A DNA stretch of 63,285 bases, filler included, from Bipalium vagum (GCA_037834085.1; 3 parts of 3 records of this genome joined end to end with filler, not necessarily neighbours in it), one strand, 5' to 3'. Positions 13,001-25,896 are shown, numbered from the whole stretch's first letter. Program-made: numbers and translations. The notes: a model not told the origin generated them from the sequence alone.

Positions 13001-16000
13001 ATATTTCAAAATCAAAGTGATACAAAGTTCTTTTACAGAAATAATTTTTTCAAAGATTTTCATTGAAATTTTCATTGTATGGTTAACAATATAATTTTTT
13101 TTATAATTTTTGACACATCGTTTTTTATCAACAATGGTATTGAGTTCAATTATTAAAGTGACAAAAACTGGTCAAAATAAATGGTTTATGTTCTTTGATA
13201 TTTTTGCAAATCAAGAAATGTTAAGACCTTCCTTTGTAACAAGTTTTCAAAAATTACTTCGAAATTTGATTGCTATAGTGATACAACATAGACTCTTTTC
13301 ATTTCTTTCTTTATAACATTATTTCCGTTTAAATCTTGCCTGTACACATTTTACTCAAATTCTATGAACTAATCCAACTTTTTCAATACCTTTTAAAACC
13401 ATCGTGATTTACAAGACCATTTAAAATAGCGATTTAAAATGTAAATATCAAAAACATTGACTGATGAAGAACTGAAAAATAAAAGTTCGAAACATGTTTC
13501 ATGAAAATATATATTTGTGAAAATTTTTTATTCATTTAATAAAACGCGTATATTCGGAAAATAAATTTTATTTTCTATAGAAATAGGATTTCTGACATTT
13601 TATATAAATGTTAAATTGTTTTAATAAGTTAATATCACATTTAGATTCATTAAAATTGAAAAGATTTGGTTCCTTTTTCGGTCATAAAAATGTTAATGAC
13701 TCAAACTACTTAGACATGCTGAAATCCTCATTCTACAACTTTTTCGAGAAAAGATCTAAATTATTTTTCAACAGGATTGAGCTCATGCTCATTAATAGTT
13801 TCAAACTGGAAATTTTCTCAACATTGGAAGGTTGATTGGAAGAGCAATCCATCCCATTCTGCTGCGAGATCACAGAATTTTTACCAAATAATTGTCTTTC
13901 TTTGGGTATATCTATAAATAATAGTTTATACAATAAAACCAAAGAAGCTAAAAGATCTGACAGATGCAATTGAAGAGACAGTTAAAATATTACCACAAAT
14001 ATGTGAAAATCTTATTTTCCTTCTATCATCGATTAAAATATAGTTTTATTGTTAATGGATGTTCTGTTGAAAACTATTAATTTTTGATAAATTTATTTCA
14101 TTGTGTCATAAATTTAAGTTGATATCTTAAGTATTTAAGAAACAAACAAGTATTTAACAATATAACATTTTAAAGTATGATACTTACTTTAACAGACCTT
14201 GAATCTTTTCTAAATTAACCTTTATCTTATACAACAAGAAATATAAAAATTATTCATACTTAAAGGATATTGATAAGATTGTGTTAGAAAAAAGTAGAAT
14301 TTTGACATTTCTCATTATTTTCATCAGAAATATTTTATTATGGAAGATGATATTTTGTTATTTATTGATGAGATGATTATTGTTCAGGAACATAACAACA
14401 AGTATACCTGTGAGTGTAAGCCGGGCTTTAAAGGTCGTAATTGTGAACTGAATATTGCCTGTCAAAGCCATCCTTGCAAAAATGGTGGAGTTTGCCAAGA
14501 AACAAATCTCGGGTACAGTTGCAAATGCAAAAAGGAATATTCTGGTAAAAATTGTGAGGTGGGAAACTTATTGGTTTTTAAATGGCACTCTAAATGTCAA
14601 ATGGAAATTAGATCTATAAAACCGGTTGCAGCCCGAATCCATGCTTAAATGAAGCTTATTGTTATATAATAGAACAGGACTTTTACTGCAATTGCCAATC
14701 TAATTTTTGGGGAAAACAGTGCGAACATGCTCGTCCGTATTGTGGAAAAGAATCTTGCGAAAATGCCTATGATGCCTGTTCAATGCCACAAATGATAAAT
14801 TCTAGTGGAATTAAGCAAAATGTTTGTGGCAAATTCGGAACATGCTTAAGCCATGGAAACCGAACCTTCAGTTGTAGATGTGCGACAGGATTTGAGGGAG
14901 AATTTTGTGAAGTGAATATTAACGATTGCAAAATTAATTCCTGTGAAAATGGAGGAATTTGCATTGATGGTATCAACGGCTTCGAATGTATTTGTTATAA
15001 TGGGTTTCATGGTAAACGATGCGAACAAAGTAAACACATATTATACATACATATAATATTATTATAAGTCGTAAATGATAAATATTAAGGAATTATGACC
15101 ATATTTTAACAAATTATTATTTTTTTTTATTATTTATACTGCTAAAATTTTAATTTATATGTTACCTTTAAAAATGTATACTTTTCTTTCATTAAATATA
15201 ATTTCTAGTTTGTGTTTCATGCATTAAAAAACCAATGGAGTAACCTTTACTATACCTTCTGAGTAAGAAGTTAATGTGAATTTAAAAAAGCCTATTTAAA
15301 ATGTCTATGTACATTTGATATATAATATCACAAATCAATCAATACTACGTAATATTGATTTCTTATTTTGTTCATATTTTTCCTTTCAATGACACAAAAA
15401 GAAGGTATATAAACTCCTGATAGACTAGAAAGTGCATTGTGTTATCGGCTAATAAACAATGGAATAGCAGATGGACCATTACAAAAATTATGTGCTCGTC
15501 TTCATCATCAGAGAGTTAATACTAACCAGGCCACGTTTTAATAGGCAAAGCATTGTTTAAAAAAATCCGGAAAATCAACAAAAATTGATTACTGCCATTA
15601 GGGAAAGGCAAACAATATCCAGTAGATAACTTGAATTCTCGAATAAAAAACCAAGTATCTTGGGTCATATGATGAAACAAAAACCTGAAGGTGGATAGGA
15701 CAAAGTCCATTATTGAAGAAAACAATTGAAATAATTGAAATGGTGTACAGAGCATCTTACACTGCGTTTTTGGATGAAAAATGGTGAATCACATTTAGAA
15801 AAAAAAGAATTATAGAAGATCGAAAACACCTCCAGTTTATGTCAGTAATGTTCATCCCTTTTGTTAGTTGATATGTTTCTCAAAGAAATGTGGGTCTTCG
15901 GCCAATCGCCGAGTAAAAGCAATACAAAGGCAGTTCGTGCTACCATCGTTTCGTGATATGTTTTGACATGATTTGAGTTGCGATTAATAGTACAAATGGA

Positions 16001-19000
16001 CATTGAATTGATTCACATTACTGAAAATACAAAAAGTAATGGGTTGTCATCCAATTTTTCGACTGATGCTATTTCTTATTTTCATTGGAAGATTATTATA
16101 AAGAGTTATTATTTATATATCAGAATATGGTATTTTGACTTCCTCTTCTAATATTCTCTTATTTTTGAAATGAAACACCTAACTTTAACATTCTTAAGGA
16201 TGAGATGAGATCTTCATTAAAATTTTAGTTAATGTTTGTTATTTGTTTATTATCAACATTTTTTTTATTAATCTTGAAAAATCGAAAACATTTTTATACT
16301 TTAAAAAATTTCAGAAATGGATTTTTGTAGTCGAAATCCATGTTTGAATGAAGGAACATGTAAAGAGGAATTGACTAATTCATTTAATGATTTCAAGTGT
16401 CACTGTAAAAGTGGATGGGGAGGAAAGCTATGTCACTTACCTTTTAATAAGATTTGTGATCCTAATTCCTGTTTAAATGGTGGAACTTGTACAACAACTT
16501 ACAGTTATAATAGATTCGAATGTCATTGCAAAGAAGGATTTGTGGGAACTGTTTGTCAATATCGTGATCTATCAAACCAACCTTGTAATGACAATAATCA
16601 TTGTAAAAATGGAGGAACTTGCATCAATGTTGGCTATAACAATTTTACATGTCACTGTCCTCCAGGATTTGAAGGCAGGCGATGTGAAATAAATATCAAT
16701 GAATGTCATCCTAATCCATGGTAATTGTTTTTTTATTTAATTTTTTTATCGTCTTTTTATAATATAAATAATATTTTAATTTCAGCTTTAATGGTGGACA
16801 ATGTAGAGACTTAGTTAATTCATACAAATGTGTTTGTGAAGTAGGATTTTACGGAACTAACTGTCAACTGAGTATAAATTTAAAAATATTATAAAAAAAA
16901 ATAATGCAATCTTTTCTTAAGACTTTGACGAGTGTGCATCCCATCCATGTTCTTATGGATCAGTATGTGTAGATAGAATAGATGATTTTGAATGTCGATG
17001 TCCACAAGGCAGATCTGGACCTCGTTGTGATACGGTTATAAACAATTCACCTCCTCAACCTCCATCCTGCGTTTATCACGATCGAATATTTGATAGTGGA
17101 GAAAGGTGGACATACAATTGTAAAGAATGTCATTGTACACGAGGAAAAGTCGACTGTGTCGATGTTAGTAAAAATCTTCTTAAATTAATTTAAATATTAA
17201 TCTATTTTATTTTTCAAAGAATATTATGAATATTTTTATTTGGATTTTACTAATGTGGACAAAAAGCAAGGTGAATTATTAGTTTAAACCCAATGTATAT
17301 TTATTTTTAAAATCAATTTGGACTCCTTCGAAGATATCCTCTTCCGATATAATACATTTATTCTAAGGTTTTTTCAAACTTTCGAAACATTTCCATTTAT
17401 CCATAATAAATTTCGCAAACATGAGTTTTTAATAATTGCAAATTTTAAACCTAACAAAGAAAATCAAATCGAGATTTTTGTAAACAAGCTAATGGATTAA
17501 AAAAAGATAAAGCAAGCTTTAACAGAATATATATGAAAGAAGAACAATATGAAATAAACATTGTAAGGATATTTATAATAATAAGTTGTTACGTTTATTG
17601 GTAATTTAAAATTAATGCATTATTTAAGGATCTTAAATTAAAATTTTGAAAAGTTTAGGCTTAAAATATGATGAAAAATTCTTTTTAAATAAAATAAATA
17701 ATTAAATTAACATTAATTAATAAAATAATTAATCATTAAAAAAATCAGTAATAACATTTTCAGAAAGAAATCAATTTGTTTTAATATCAGAAAAATATAA
17801 ATGTTATCATCAAGAGGTTTTTGTTAATAAAATTTTTCCTGATATAGTTATAAATAATATAAAATAATAAATATTATTATAAATATAATTATAAAATAAT
17901 AATAAAATATTTTTTTTATTTATATTTTATTATTATTTTATATTTTCTGTATAATTGAATATTTTTGTTCAATTGGTCCAGTTATGCCTATCGATAGAAC
18001 TTTAAGAAATATTACATTAAACTCTAACAATTTGTTTGAATCAACAATAAATATTCACCTTTTGTTAGTTTTCACTTTTTGATCAAGAGTTAGCTCAAGA
18101 TATTAGTCTTAATATTTCTTAAACTATTTCAATCTCATAACTGATTTCATCGTATGACATTCCTTTGATTACCTAAATGAAAATTTAAAATAGTATTATT
18201 AATAACATTGTTATAATAATAATAATAATATAATAATATTATTATTATTAATAATAATACTATAATATTTTTTTAAAATATGATATTAATTTCTGTAAAA
18301 AAAACTTTTGTTGATAATTTTTTTAAAATATCCATGTTATAATTCTGTATTGTTTTGATTTTTATTATTAATAATTAGAAATCTCTTTAATAACGTTAAA
18401 TTAAATACTATTAATATAGATAAATTGCGGAGTTTGGAACTGTAATAAAGCAATTGGACCTAACGATCCTTATGCTTGCAAAATCGATGAGCTTTGTCAT
18501 GTATATCCTTTCAAGGAAAATCGCTGTTTTGTTCCTCCTTGCGTTGCCAAGGCTCAATGTATTAAACATGGATCCCAAGCTCCTCAAATCACTGTAAGAT
18601 GGCCTGGTGAAACCCCCCTATCCTGTCAACCAAATAGTATTCAAAAAAATAATTATTGTTCGCAAATTCTTCTTACATTTGTAAAGCCAAATTTACCAAT
18701 CGGAATTACCATTGATGACATTTGTGAGGCATTGAAAACATTAAAATCGGTTAGAAAATTCGAAGACAAGTCAATAGGTAAATCCCTCGGTATGACATGT
18801 GATGCTAGTGACCGTAACCCATCTATAATTATTGTAAGTGGTTCAAAATATTAATTTTTGATTTTCAAGTAGGTGCTACGCCTATAATTGCTGAGTCTTT
18901 CAGTAAAAATATTTTTTTTTGAAATTTTAAAAGATTGAAATAAAAAAGAAGAAATCATTCGTAAAGTCAAATCCAAAATGGTTTATTTAATACCACTGAA

Positions 19001-22000
19001 TAATTTCGGAGTTAATTTTATGTTGAAATTTAAATTGTTCCTATGTTATTATAATATGTCATTTTAAGGTCACCTTATCTCTTTTTAATTCCAAAAAATC
19101 ATTTGTATTTTTTCGCCTTCATAAAAAGTATAATAAGACATAATTTTCACTTGTCGGTTTTTACCCATAAACACAAATTATCTATTTTTTTTGTTTGATT
19201 ACCTTTGTTAAGGTTTACAAAATTTATGGAATGGTTAATCACTTTATGGTACATATTTAGAAGAGATTCGATCATATTAAAACATCGTCACCATCTGTAT
19301 AGAACCCATAGTATAGATGATCGAACCTGGTTTAATATGATTAAAAATATTTTAAACTAATCTGAGTTAACAAACGAACTTCAACAGATTTTGTACAAAT
19401 CAAATAGAAAACACCATCAACTTGATGATTGCAATTACAATTCCCGCCAAAAGTCTTTGGCCACTCTTAAAATTCTAGAAAAAAGCATTTATTTGATTCT
19501 AGTCATTAATATTTATTAATTCCTTACCTGGCATATTTAGATTTCTCTACAAAATATTATTAAATCATTAATCAAAATTTATCAATAAAAAAAATAACTA
19601 AAGAATAAATAACTAAAAGATAAACTAGGCTTTTTTACATGGTGGCCAAAGACTTTTGGGTGGGACTGTATATTTCCTTTTGCCAAATTTCAATAATTTA
19701 TTTTCTAACGATTTTCGTGTCTTCCTCCATCATTGAATCTATAACAATTTTGCAAACAAAATTTAAGAAAAATGTGACAGCTTTCAGAGGGTTGTGGTGT
19801 CATTGTAAGTATTAATTTTTTGAGGCTTCAAAAATCTAAAGGTAACATAGAAACTTGTGGGCTTCCATATTTCTATGTTTTCGATGGATGTTTGCAAAAA
19901 AGGAATTTCCTTCTTACATTTTTAAATATAAGATTTGTAAGATTTTCATTTCGAATTTAATTTTAAAATTTCTCTGCATGTATAAATTATAGCCAGTGAA
20001 ATTCAAAACAATTAATTTAAATTTTAAAATAAAGTATTGAAAACATATTTCTTTTTTTATTTATTTAAATTTATAATATCATAATCATTGATCTAATTTA
20101 TTAAAACAAGAGAGGTATAAACCAAGTGACGTTTTTTTATTTAAATGATTTTTAATATTTATTTATTTTTAAAATTAAAGATTATTTCGAGTTTGAAATA
20201 TGCGATGGATTTTTTGTTCCAATCTTTTTATTGATTTCATCGATTTTATTTTTGTGATTTTTCTGTTAGAAATGCATTTTTACATAAAAGTTTTCAAAAA
20301 AAATTTTACTAATCCATCAATAATATACTCATTTTAAACCTTTATCATGTATATTATCATCTTTTTGACTTTCCTGAAATGCATTTTTCATTTTCCTGCA
20401 ATAAAATTTTAAAAATATTATTTAAATCTCTGTTTTATTTGCGAGCGATGGTAGAACTCTATTAATAAAAATGTTATGCTTTCAAGCGTTTTCAATTGTT
20501 TTGTATAAGAAAATTTTTTTGGTTTTATATTGAATATTATTGAGTAATATTATTATTAATTGTTTCCATTGTTTTCCATCGGGTGTACATATTCATGTTT
20601 AATATAAAAAGTATATTGATTTGCATGTGATTGAAAATCTATTCATACTCTCCTTTGAACTCATGATTTCTCAGGTTGCAATTTATTCTCCAACGGAAGA
20701 AAAAACTCGTAATACAAATACGCAGCCATTGAGACCGTTTACCCATTATCTTAGTGATGCCATTTCAAATAATTTAGTGGAGGTGGTAAAGAACAGCTCA
20801 ATATTTTCTGGATTAACAGACATCAGAGTTGAAATATTGTTAAATTCAGAATCAATGGGTAAACATTTTATATTTGAATATGTTCTATGTATACATATAA
20901 AGACTATTTTATTCCTCGAATATAAAGTAAACTTGTCTATTTGAAAAAATGTCCAAAAAAGATAAAAATTGAACAAAACAGATGGCGATATAAGTAATAT
21001 TTAAATTCTAGTAAAAATTTAATGACTTATTTAATAAATACCAAGATAAACTTATCTGATTCAAAAAAATAGGAAAGTTAATTATATTCAAAATCTTTTT
21101 TATTATCAAAATATTCACTACCTATCGAATTATTATTCAATATCAATATCTTTTAGATCAATGTGAGATGGTCCTCCGCAGCGGGATACATCATTCATAT
21201 CATTTTCGGCATACTCGTATTGATCGTCTCCATATACTTTACATATTTTCCTATGTGCATCCGAGGCTGACTTTAAATTAACATAATATTTATAAATAAT
21301 ATAATTCTTACCTTTTTCATAATAAAACAACAGAATATGACGAAAATGTTACATTTTTTGCATAATGATATTTTAACAAATAAGGTTAAATAAATGTAGT
21401 TAGAAAAAGGACAAAAATCATTTATTAAGGATGCTTTTAACTTCTCTGCTTCAAAGATTTTTTCTAGATATCTTTTTAATTAGTGGAGATCTTTTGTAAG
21501 TGATTTGTTAGGACTTTCCCGTCATTCAATATAATTGTTTTTTTCCATTAACAAGAGTTTCTATTTTTTTAATAGATGCTTCAATGTTCAATTTGGTCTT
21601 CATCGTCAGTTTCTATTGATATTTTTTCATTTACTACTTACTTTATCGGAAATTTCAGTTTCTGTTACATTTTCTTCTGGAATTTCAATAATTTCCTTCT
21701 TAACATGAAAGATTCTTTTCAATGTTTAAGTCATCCACATTCTAGCAAAATGCTTCTTTATCAATTAATCAGTCTAAAACACCTGTCTTTTTAAAGATTT
21801 TTGAAATTGTTGATAACTTTGATAAATTAACAATGTACAATCTTCAATTGGTGGCTTAAATACCTTTGATTCATCAGCAACTTCAATTATCTGATCCTCG
21901 TATCTAGTGATTGTAAGTAAGGTTTTGCAGCTTTTCCGATCACAGTTAACTTAAATTTATCAGATCCAGTGAAATTAGAACATAAAATTATTGTGAATCT

Positions 22001-23011
22001 CTCTCTTGGTACTTTTGAAACACCCAAAGAATGTTAAAAGAGTTTAATTAGGTGCGAGTTTTTAAAAATTCAAGTTTCGTCTATTATAAATTTATAAATA
22101 TTTTCGTAAGTATTTGAAACCATTCTTGTTCACCTCTATTCTATTTAATTATCAGAGATTTTTTTAAAAATGTTTCAAATTTTGATTGGATAGAAAAAAA
22201 TCGAATAATCGAGGTTTCACTATATATTAGGTATAGGAATTAATTTCCACTGCTTTTTATGAAAATAAAGTCGTTTATTTAAAAGTAACAAAACATTTAT
22301 TTCAATCAAAATATTTTCCGTTGACAGCTACAACTTTTGACTATTGAAGCTTCTTTCGGCAAAGAATGGATTTCTTGTTAAAAGAAATACTTTGAAAGAA
22401 TTCATTTTTTGACATCTTCATAGGAATTGAAGGCTTGTCCAGCAAGAGAATGCTGCATAGATCGAAACAAGTGGAAATCAGATGGCTTTATGTCTGATAA
22501 GTACGGCAGGTGAAGTAGAACCTCCCATCCAAGTCTATTCTATGTTTCTTTAAATGATATTACAAGATGTGGTTTGGTGTTATTGTGTTGCAAAATTATC
22601 TGATTAGATCTTAGACCATAATGTGGCCTCTTGGTACTTATATATAATTATTTTTATCATAATGTTTGGGGTTTCCATAATTTTATTTATTGTATTTTAG
22701 ACAAAAACTATTTAATGAAATATATGCTTGTGCCAATAATCGTTTTCGGTCTGATTATTGTAATGATTGTATACTGGTATCATCGAAGGAAAACGAAAGA
22801 AATTCGTGAAAAATTTTCAAATAGTTCCAAAATAAATAATAACAAAATTCAAGGACAATCTCTTAATCCTTTAAGGTCTCAATATCCGAACCTTAGGCCT
22901 GGAATTCCTAATAAGCATTTAACTGAACAGCAAAGTTTTTATGGGGCAAAATTACCCAACCAGAATTCCAGATTTGCTTGGTCTAGATTACAACATCCTT
23001 TCCAAACATAA
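5815..23011 (+). CDS. jagged: Jagged/Serrate-family Notch ligand, 5'-partial, 14 exons: 5815-6130, 7735-7795, 7844-7977, 8024-8149, 9422-9526, 12651-12937, 14388-14558, 14612-15029, 16315-16720, 16786-16871, 16922-17163, 18420-18833, 20675-20858, 22701-23011
   Basis: All introns are GT-AG with compatible phases; the joined length is 3261 nt (1086 aa + stop). Domain order is C2 end ([11 protein letters not shown]), DSL, two DOS EGFs, 16 EGFs including the Jagged-specific interrupted EGF10, VWC and Cys-rich juxtamembrane region, TM, and an RRK stop-transfer motif. Confidence 0.95.
7735..8149 (+). CDS. jagged: Jagged exons 7735-7795, 7844-7977, 8024-8149 (DOS EGF1-2, EGF3)
   Basis: [64 protein letters not shown] is the classic DOS motif; 48- and 46-nt introns. 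Confidence 0.93.
8220..9050 (+). mobile_element. Mariner remnant in Jagged intron
   Basis: [36 protein letters not shown] motif, degenerate right TIR at ~9020-9050. Confidence 0.85.
9422..9526 (+). CDS. jagged: Jagged exon, EGF4
   Basis: [35 protein letters not shown]; phase-1/phase-1 splice sites. Confidence 0.9.
9935..10003. repeat. (TAA)n microsatellite
   Basis: Uninterrupted AAT run. Confidence 0.95.
10611..10840. repeat. Two-copy ~130-bp unit with a (TAA)-rich tail
   Basis: GTAATGATATTAAxAAATACTAAAAGATATAAxATTCATTATAATAATAAT at 10611 and 10741. Confidence 0.85.
11821..12002 (+). repeat. 91-bp tandem duplication (one mismatch) inside a Tc1-like remnant
   Basis: 11821-11911 vs 11912-12002. 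Confidence 0.95.
12651..12937 (+). CDS. jagged: Jagged exon, EGF5-6 and start of EGF7
   Basis: EGF cysteine spacing; AG at 12649-50, GTTAGT at 12938. Confidence 0.92.
13100..14205 (+). mobile_element. Tc1/mariner-superfamily (DD37D/DD41D-like) remnant
   Basis: [16 protein letters not shown] and degenerate IGRA..ARS..LW.YL motifs; TIR-like end at ~14181-14203. Confidence 0.65.
13455..13503 (+). ncRNA. Type I hammerhead ribozyme motif (Penelope/retrozyme-like)
   Basis: CUGAUGA (13461-67) + A + helix II GAACU/AGUUC + GAAA + palindromic helix III (ACAUGU) + GUU site + short helix I (CAUUGA/UCAUG). Confidence 0.55.
14388..15029 (+). CDS. jagged: Jagged exons 14388-14558 and 14612-15029 (EGF7-11, including interrupted EGF10)
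   Basis: [36 protein letters not shown] parallels the Jagged EGF10 insertion (HCRTTPCEVIDSC...SNVCGPHGKC). Confidence 0.93.
16315..17163 (+). CDS. jagged: Jagged exons 16315-16720, 16786-16871, 16922-17163 (EGF12-16, start of VWC)
   Basis: EGF repeats followed by [31 protein letters not shown] (VWC). Confidence 0.92.
18420..18833 (+). CDS. jagged: Jagged exon, cysteine-rich/juxtamembrane region (absent from ORF track)
   Basis: INCGVWNC...[13 protein letters not shown]...[29 protein letters not shown] resembles JAG1 QCFVHPCTGVGEC...[28 protein letters not shown]. Confidence 0.9.
19438..19668. mobile_element. Tc1-type MITE, ~230 bp
   Basis: TIRs CAATTCCCGCCAAAAGTCTTTGGCCAC / GTGGCCAAAGACTTTTGGGTGGGACTG, with TA on both sides. 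Confidence 0.85.
20675..20858 (+). CDS. jagged: Jagged exon, membrane-proximal region
   Basis: VAIYS...[14 protein letters not shown] resembles JAG1 VAIS...NSSLIAAVAEVRVQ; CAG acceptor, GTAAAC donor. Confidence 0.88.
21120..21365 (-). mobile_element. Mariner transposase N-terminal remnant
   Basis: [30 protein letters not shown]. Confidence 0.8.
21420..22222 (-). mobile_element. pogo/Tigger-family remnant
   Basis: [35 protein letters not shown] (DDE_1); TIR-like TCGAATAATCGAGGTTTCACTA at ~22201-22222. Confidence 0.8.
22225..22640 (-). mobile_element. Mariner 3' remnant with TIR
   Basis: [46 protein letters not shown]; TIR TATTAGGTATAGGAATTAATTTCC. Confidence 0.88.
22701..23011 (+). CDS. jagged: Jagged last exon: TM helix and ~76-aa cytoplasmic tail
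   Basis: Hydrophobic [19 protein letters not shown] followed by HRRK; TAA at 23009-11; AATAAA signals downstream. Confidence 0.88.
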
Positions 23012-23699
23012 TAAAGAAATAAATATAATATTTAACACATTGTGATTTGTGAATATATTTGTTAATTTCTTTCATTCTGTCATATTAAATTGTTTTAATA
23101 GTTTTATGTTAATTGTTCACATTACTTTGAAATCTCTAAACTTTTTTTCCTGTTATGAATATTGTACATTTAATAAATAAAATTCTTAAACTGTTCTTTT
23201 TTTGTAATAATCAATAATAATTTTGGCATTGTCATTCAATAATAAAATCAATTAACAATTATTCTGTCAATATCAAAAAATTTAATTATCAATAATTAAT
23301 TAATAAAAAATTAATTTATAAACATTAGGAATCATTCAGATTAATAAAACGGACAAAATAAAAAAACCCTGAAAGAAAAAATATTTTGAAATGAAAATTG
23401 GCAAATTTTACTTATGGAATTTATGTTTACAATCCATCCTTATCTTGTTCCGAAAAATGATTTTTTCACGGAAAATTGATTAAATCAAAAAAAAATAAAA
23501 CAAAAAAAAGATTATAAAACACTTTATACATAACATGGATGAGTGATAATCGGTGATTTTTTCTTGTATCCTAATATAGATGGGAAAGGTTTAACCAATG
23601 ATAAACTTCAAAAAAAATGATAAATGATAATAAAATGATAAACTTCAATGATTTTCTCCGGAACTTTTTCAATAATAACCATTTTCAAAGAAAGAATTA

Positions 23700-24630
23700 T
23701 AATATAAAAACATTAGCTCTTGAAGTTTTGTCTTCTTCAGCTTTTTCATGAAATACTTCATCTTCTGTGTCTTTTGAAACTTCATCTTCGATTAGTAATT
23801 TAATTGTTACCTCAATATTTATATCCTGTAATGTTTCTTTAAATTGTTCTACATGTACAACAGCTTACTGTGGTACATGAAGAAATTCGTTTCCATACTT
23901 CAGAAACGTATTGTATGACATCTAACAGATCAATCTTTTCGGTAAATAAATCCAGGCAATCATTTTGCTTAATAATGTTTGATTCAAGATAAAAATTTTA
24001 TTAAACATTTTTTGAATGCTTTTATGACACCCATATCCAGAAGTTAAGTGAGTGCAGTATTCTTAGATAAAGATATCATTTCTACATTTCTTAATTCCAT
24101 TTTCATTGGAGATTGTATTATCACTCGTAAACAAAATTTCTCTTTTCGATTTTTTCATAATGTTATTAATAATGAAGAACCAGAACTAACAATATTATTT
24201 ATTATTCACCATTTTTTAATTCATTAATATTGAACTCTAAAATTTTTTGGATCAACTTTTTAAAATTACTTTTGACTTTTGTAAACCCCAATTATTAAAT
24301 GATCTCCTTTTTCACGAAATATGCTAACCAACAACAAAAGCGATATTCTTTCTTTAGTCTGCTTGATTCCATTACAGGCTTCAGTTCGATAAAACTTTAA
24401 ATTATTATCTAACATCATTAATAAGCAAACGTTAAAGAGGAAAAAGACAATTATGCATTACTTTTCGAAGGAATGAAAAAATTGTATTATAAATAAATTT
24501 GTGAATTTTTAAAGAATTTTGTTACCTGTATTAGTGTGTCATATTTATTGTGTAATCATCTCTTCTCTAATTTTTGCCAAATTCTAATTTGTTCAAGGTT
24601 CCCGATTGTGGTAAATATTAGAGTACACTG
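23700..24630 (-). mobile_element. pogo/Tigger-family remnant
   Basis: CNGIKQTKERISLLLLVS..EKGDHLIIG and LDMGVIKAFK; TA-CAGTGTACTC end at 24630. Confidence 0.75.
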
Positions 24631-25239
24631 TATTTAAAGACATTTTTCACTTTAAATAAGTTTTTAAATAATGGGGTACACTAGGTTAATATTTGAAAAA
24701 AATTTCATTAGTTAAATTGACAACATTTAAAACTGCTCACTTAAGGTGATTGGTATCTTTTGGCATTTGAAGTTTATATTTTTTCTATTAGACCAATAAT
24801 AAGTGCAGAAAATTTTTAAGTAATTCACAAAAGAATTTAATTTTACCTGAGATAATGAGGTACCCTTTGTCTGAGGATATTCGCCAAAATGAAATTCGAT
24901 TGTATTTTGTTTAAAGGAGATCAAATAATTACTTTTAAGATAATGTTGAGATTTGAATAAAATCTACCATTTAAAATTACCTTTCATTTCAATTGAATAA
25001 AACATTACCATACATTTCATTATAACCTAGGAAATTCAATCTTTTTATAATACAAGTGCTTCTGGATCTATTTAGTCATTGTTGCATTTGGTGAAGTCTT
25101 TTCTCATTTGATAAAATTGAAATCAGATAAGTCAGTACTATTTTATTTATTTAATATAGTCAGTATTATTCTTTTTAAAAGTTAAAAGAAATTTATTTGA
25201 AAATTAAAAAATAAATTACAATTTCGCTCAAGGAATTTA

Positions 25240-25445
25240 TTATAATTACCATTCACTATTTTCACCATTTACTGATTTGTTCAAATATTTCAACATATTG
25301 CAATAATATTCATTACAAACAGCGGATGTAATTTTATTAAATGAAATGTAAATTCGATCTTTCAATTGAATCTCTTTCTTACCTCCATATATTACAAGAC
25401 TTCCTCTTTGCGAAACAATTTTCAATTGGATTTAAGAAAGGATAC
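25240..25445 (-). mobile_element. Tc1-like (DDE_3) transposase C-terminal remnant
   Basis: PFLNPIENCFAK...ITSAVCNEYYCNMLKYL. Confidence 0.65.
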
Positions 25446-25896
25446 CAAAAACACCAAAAAACAGAAATAACAATTCTTTTTGAAAATTTGAATTTTCTGA
25501 CACTAAGATTTTAAAAGGAATTGATTTTAACCTTTACAAAAAACCAATTACTAACAAATGCAATAGTAACTTAATTGATTGCAACAGTAACTATCAAATT
25601 AGAAACAACTTAATCAAAACCAGTCCTGGCGAAAAAAATTCTACATTGAATTAGCAGAACGATGAACACTAAAATTCAACATGTTACGTTAATTATCTTT
25701 TTTCGGAACACGAAAATTTATTTTTATATGACTTTTATCAATATATTTTTTAAAATGACAATTTTACTTCTTTTTAATTTAAAAATAATTTTTATGATTG
25801 GTAATATTTTTATTACACAATATAACCTTCATGTTGTTTTAATCAATTTATTAATATCATTTGATATTAGAGTTTATTTGAAATACTATTTTTGAT

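Noticed and set aside
21275-21312. GT..AG intron-like insert in a mariner fragment
   Set aside because: Splicing it would remove conserved GKN codons; better explained as a 36-nt AT-rich insertion.
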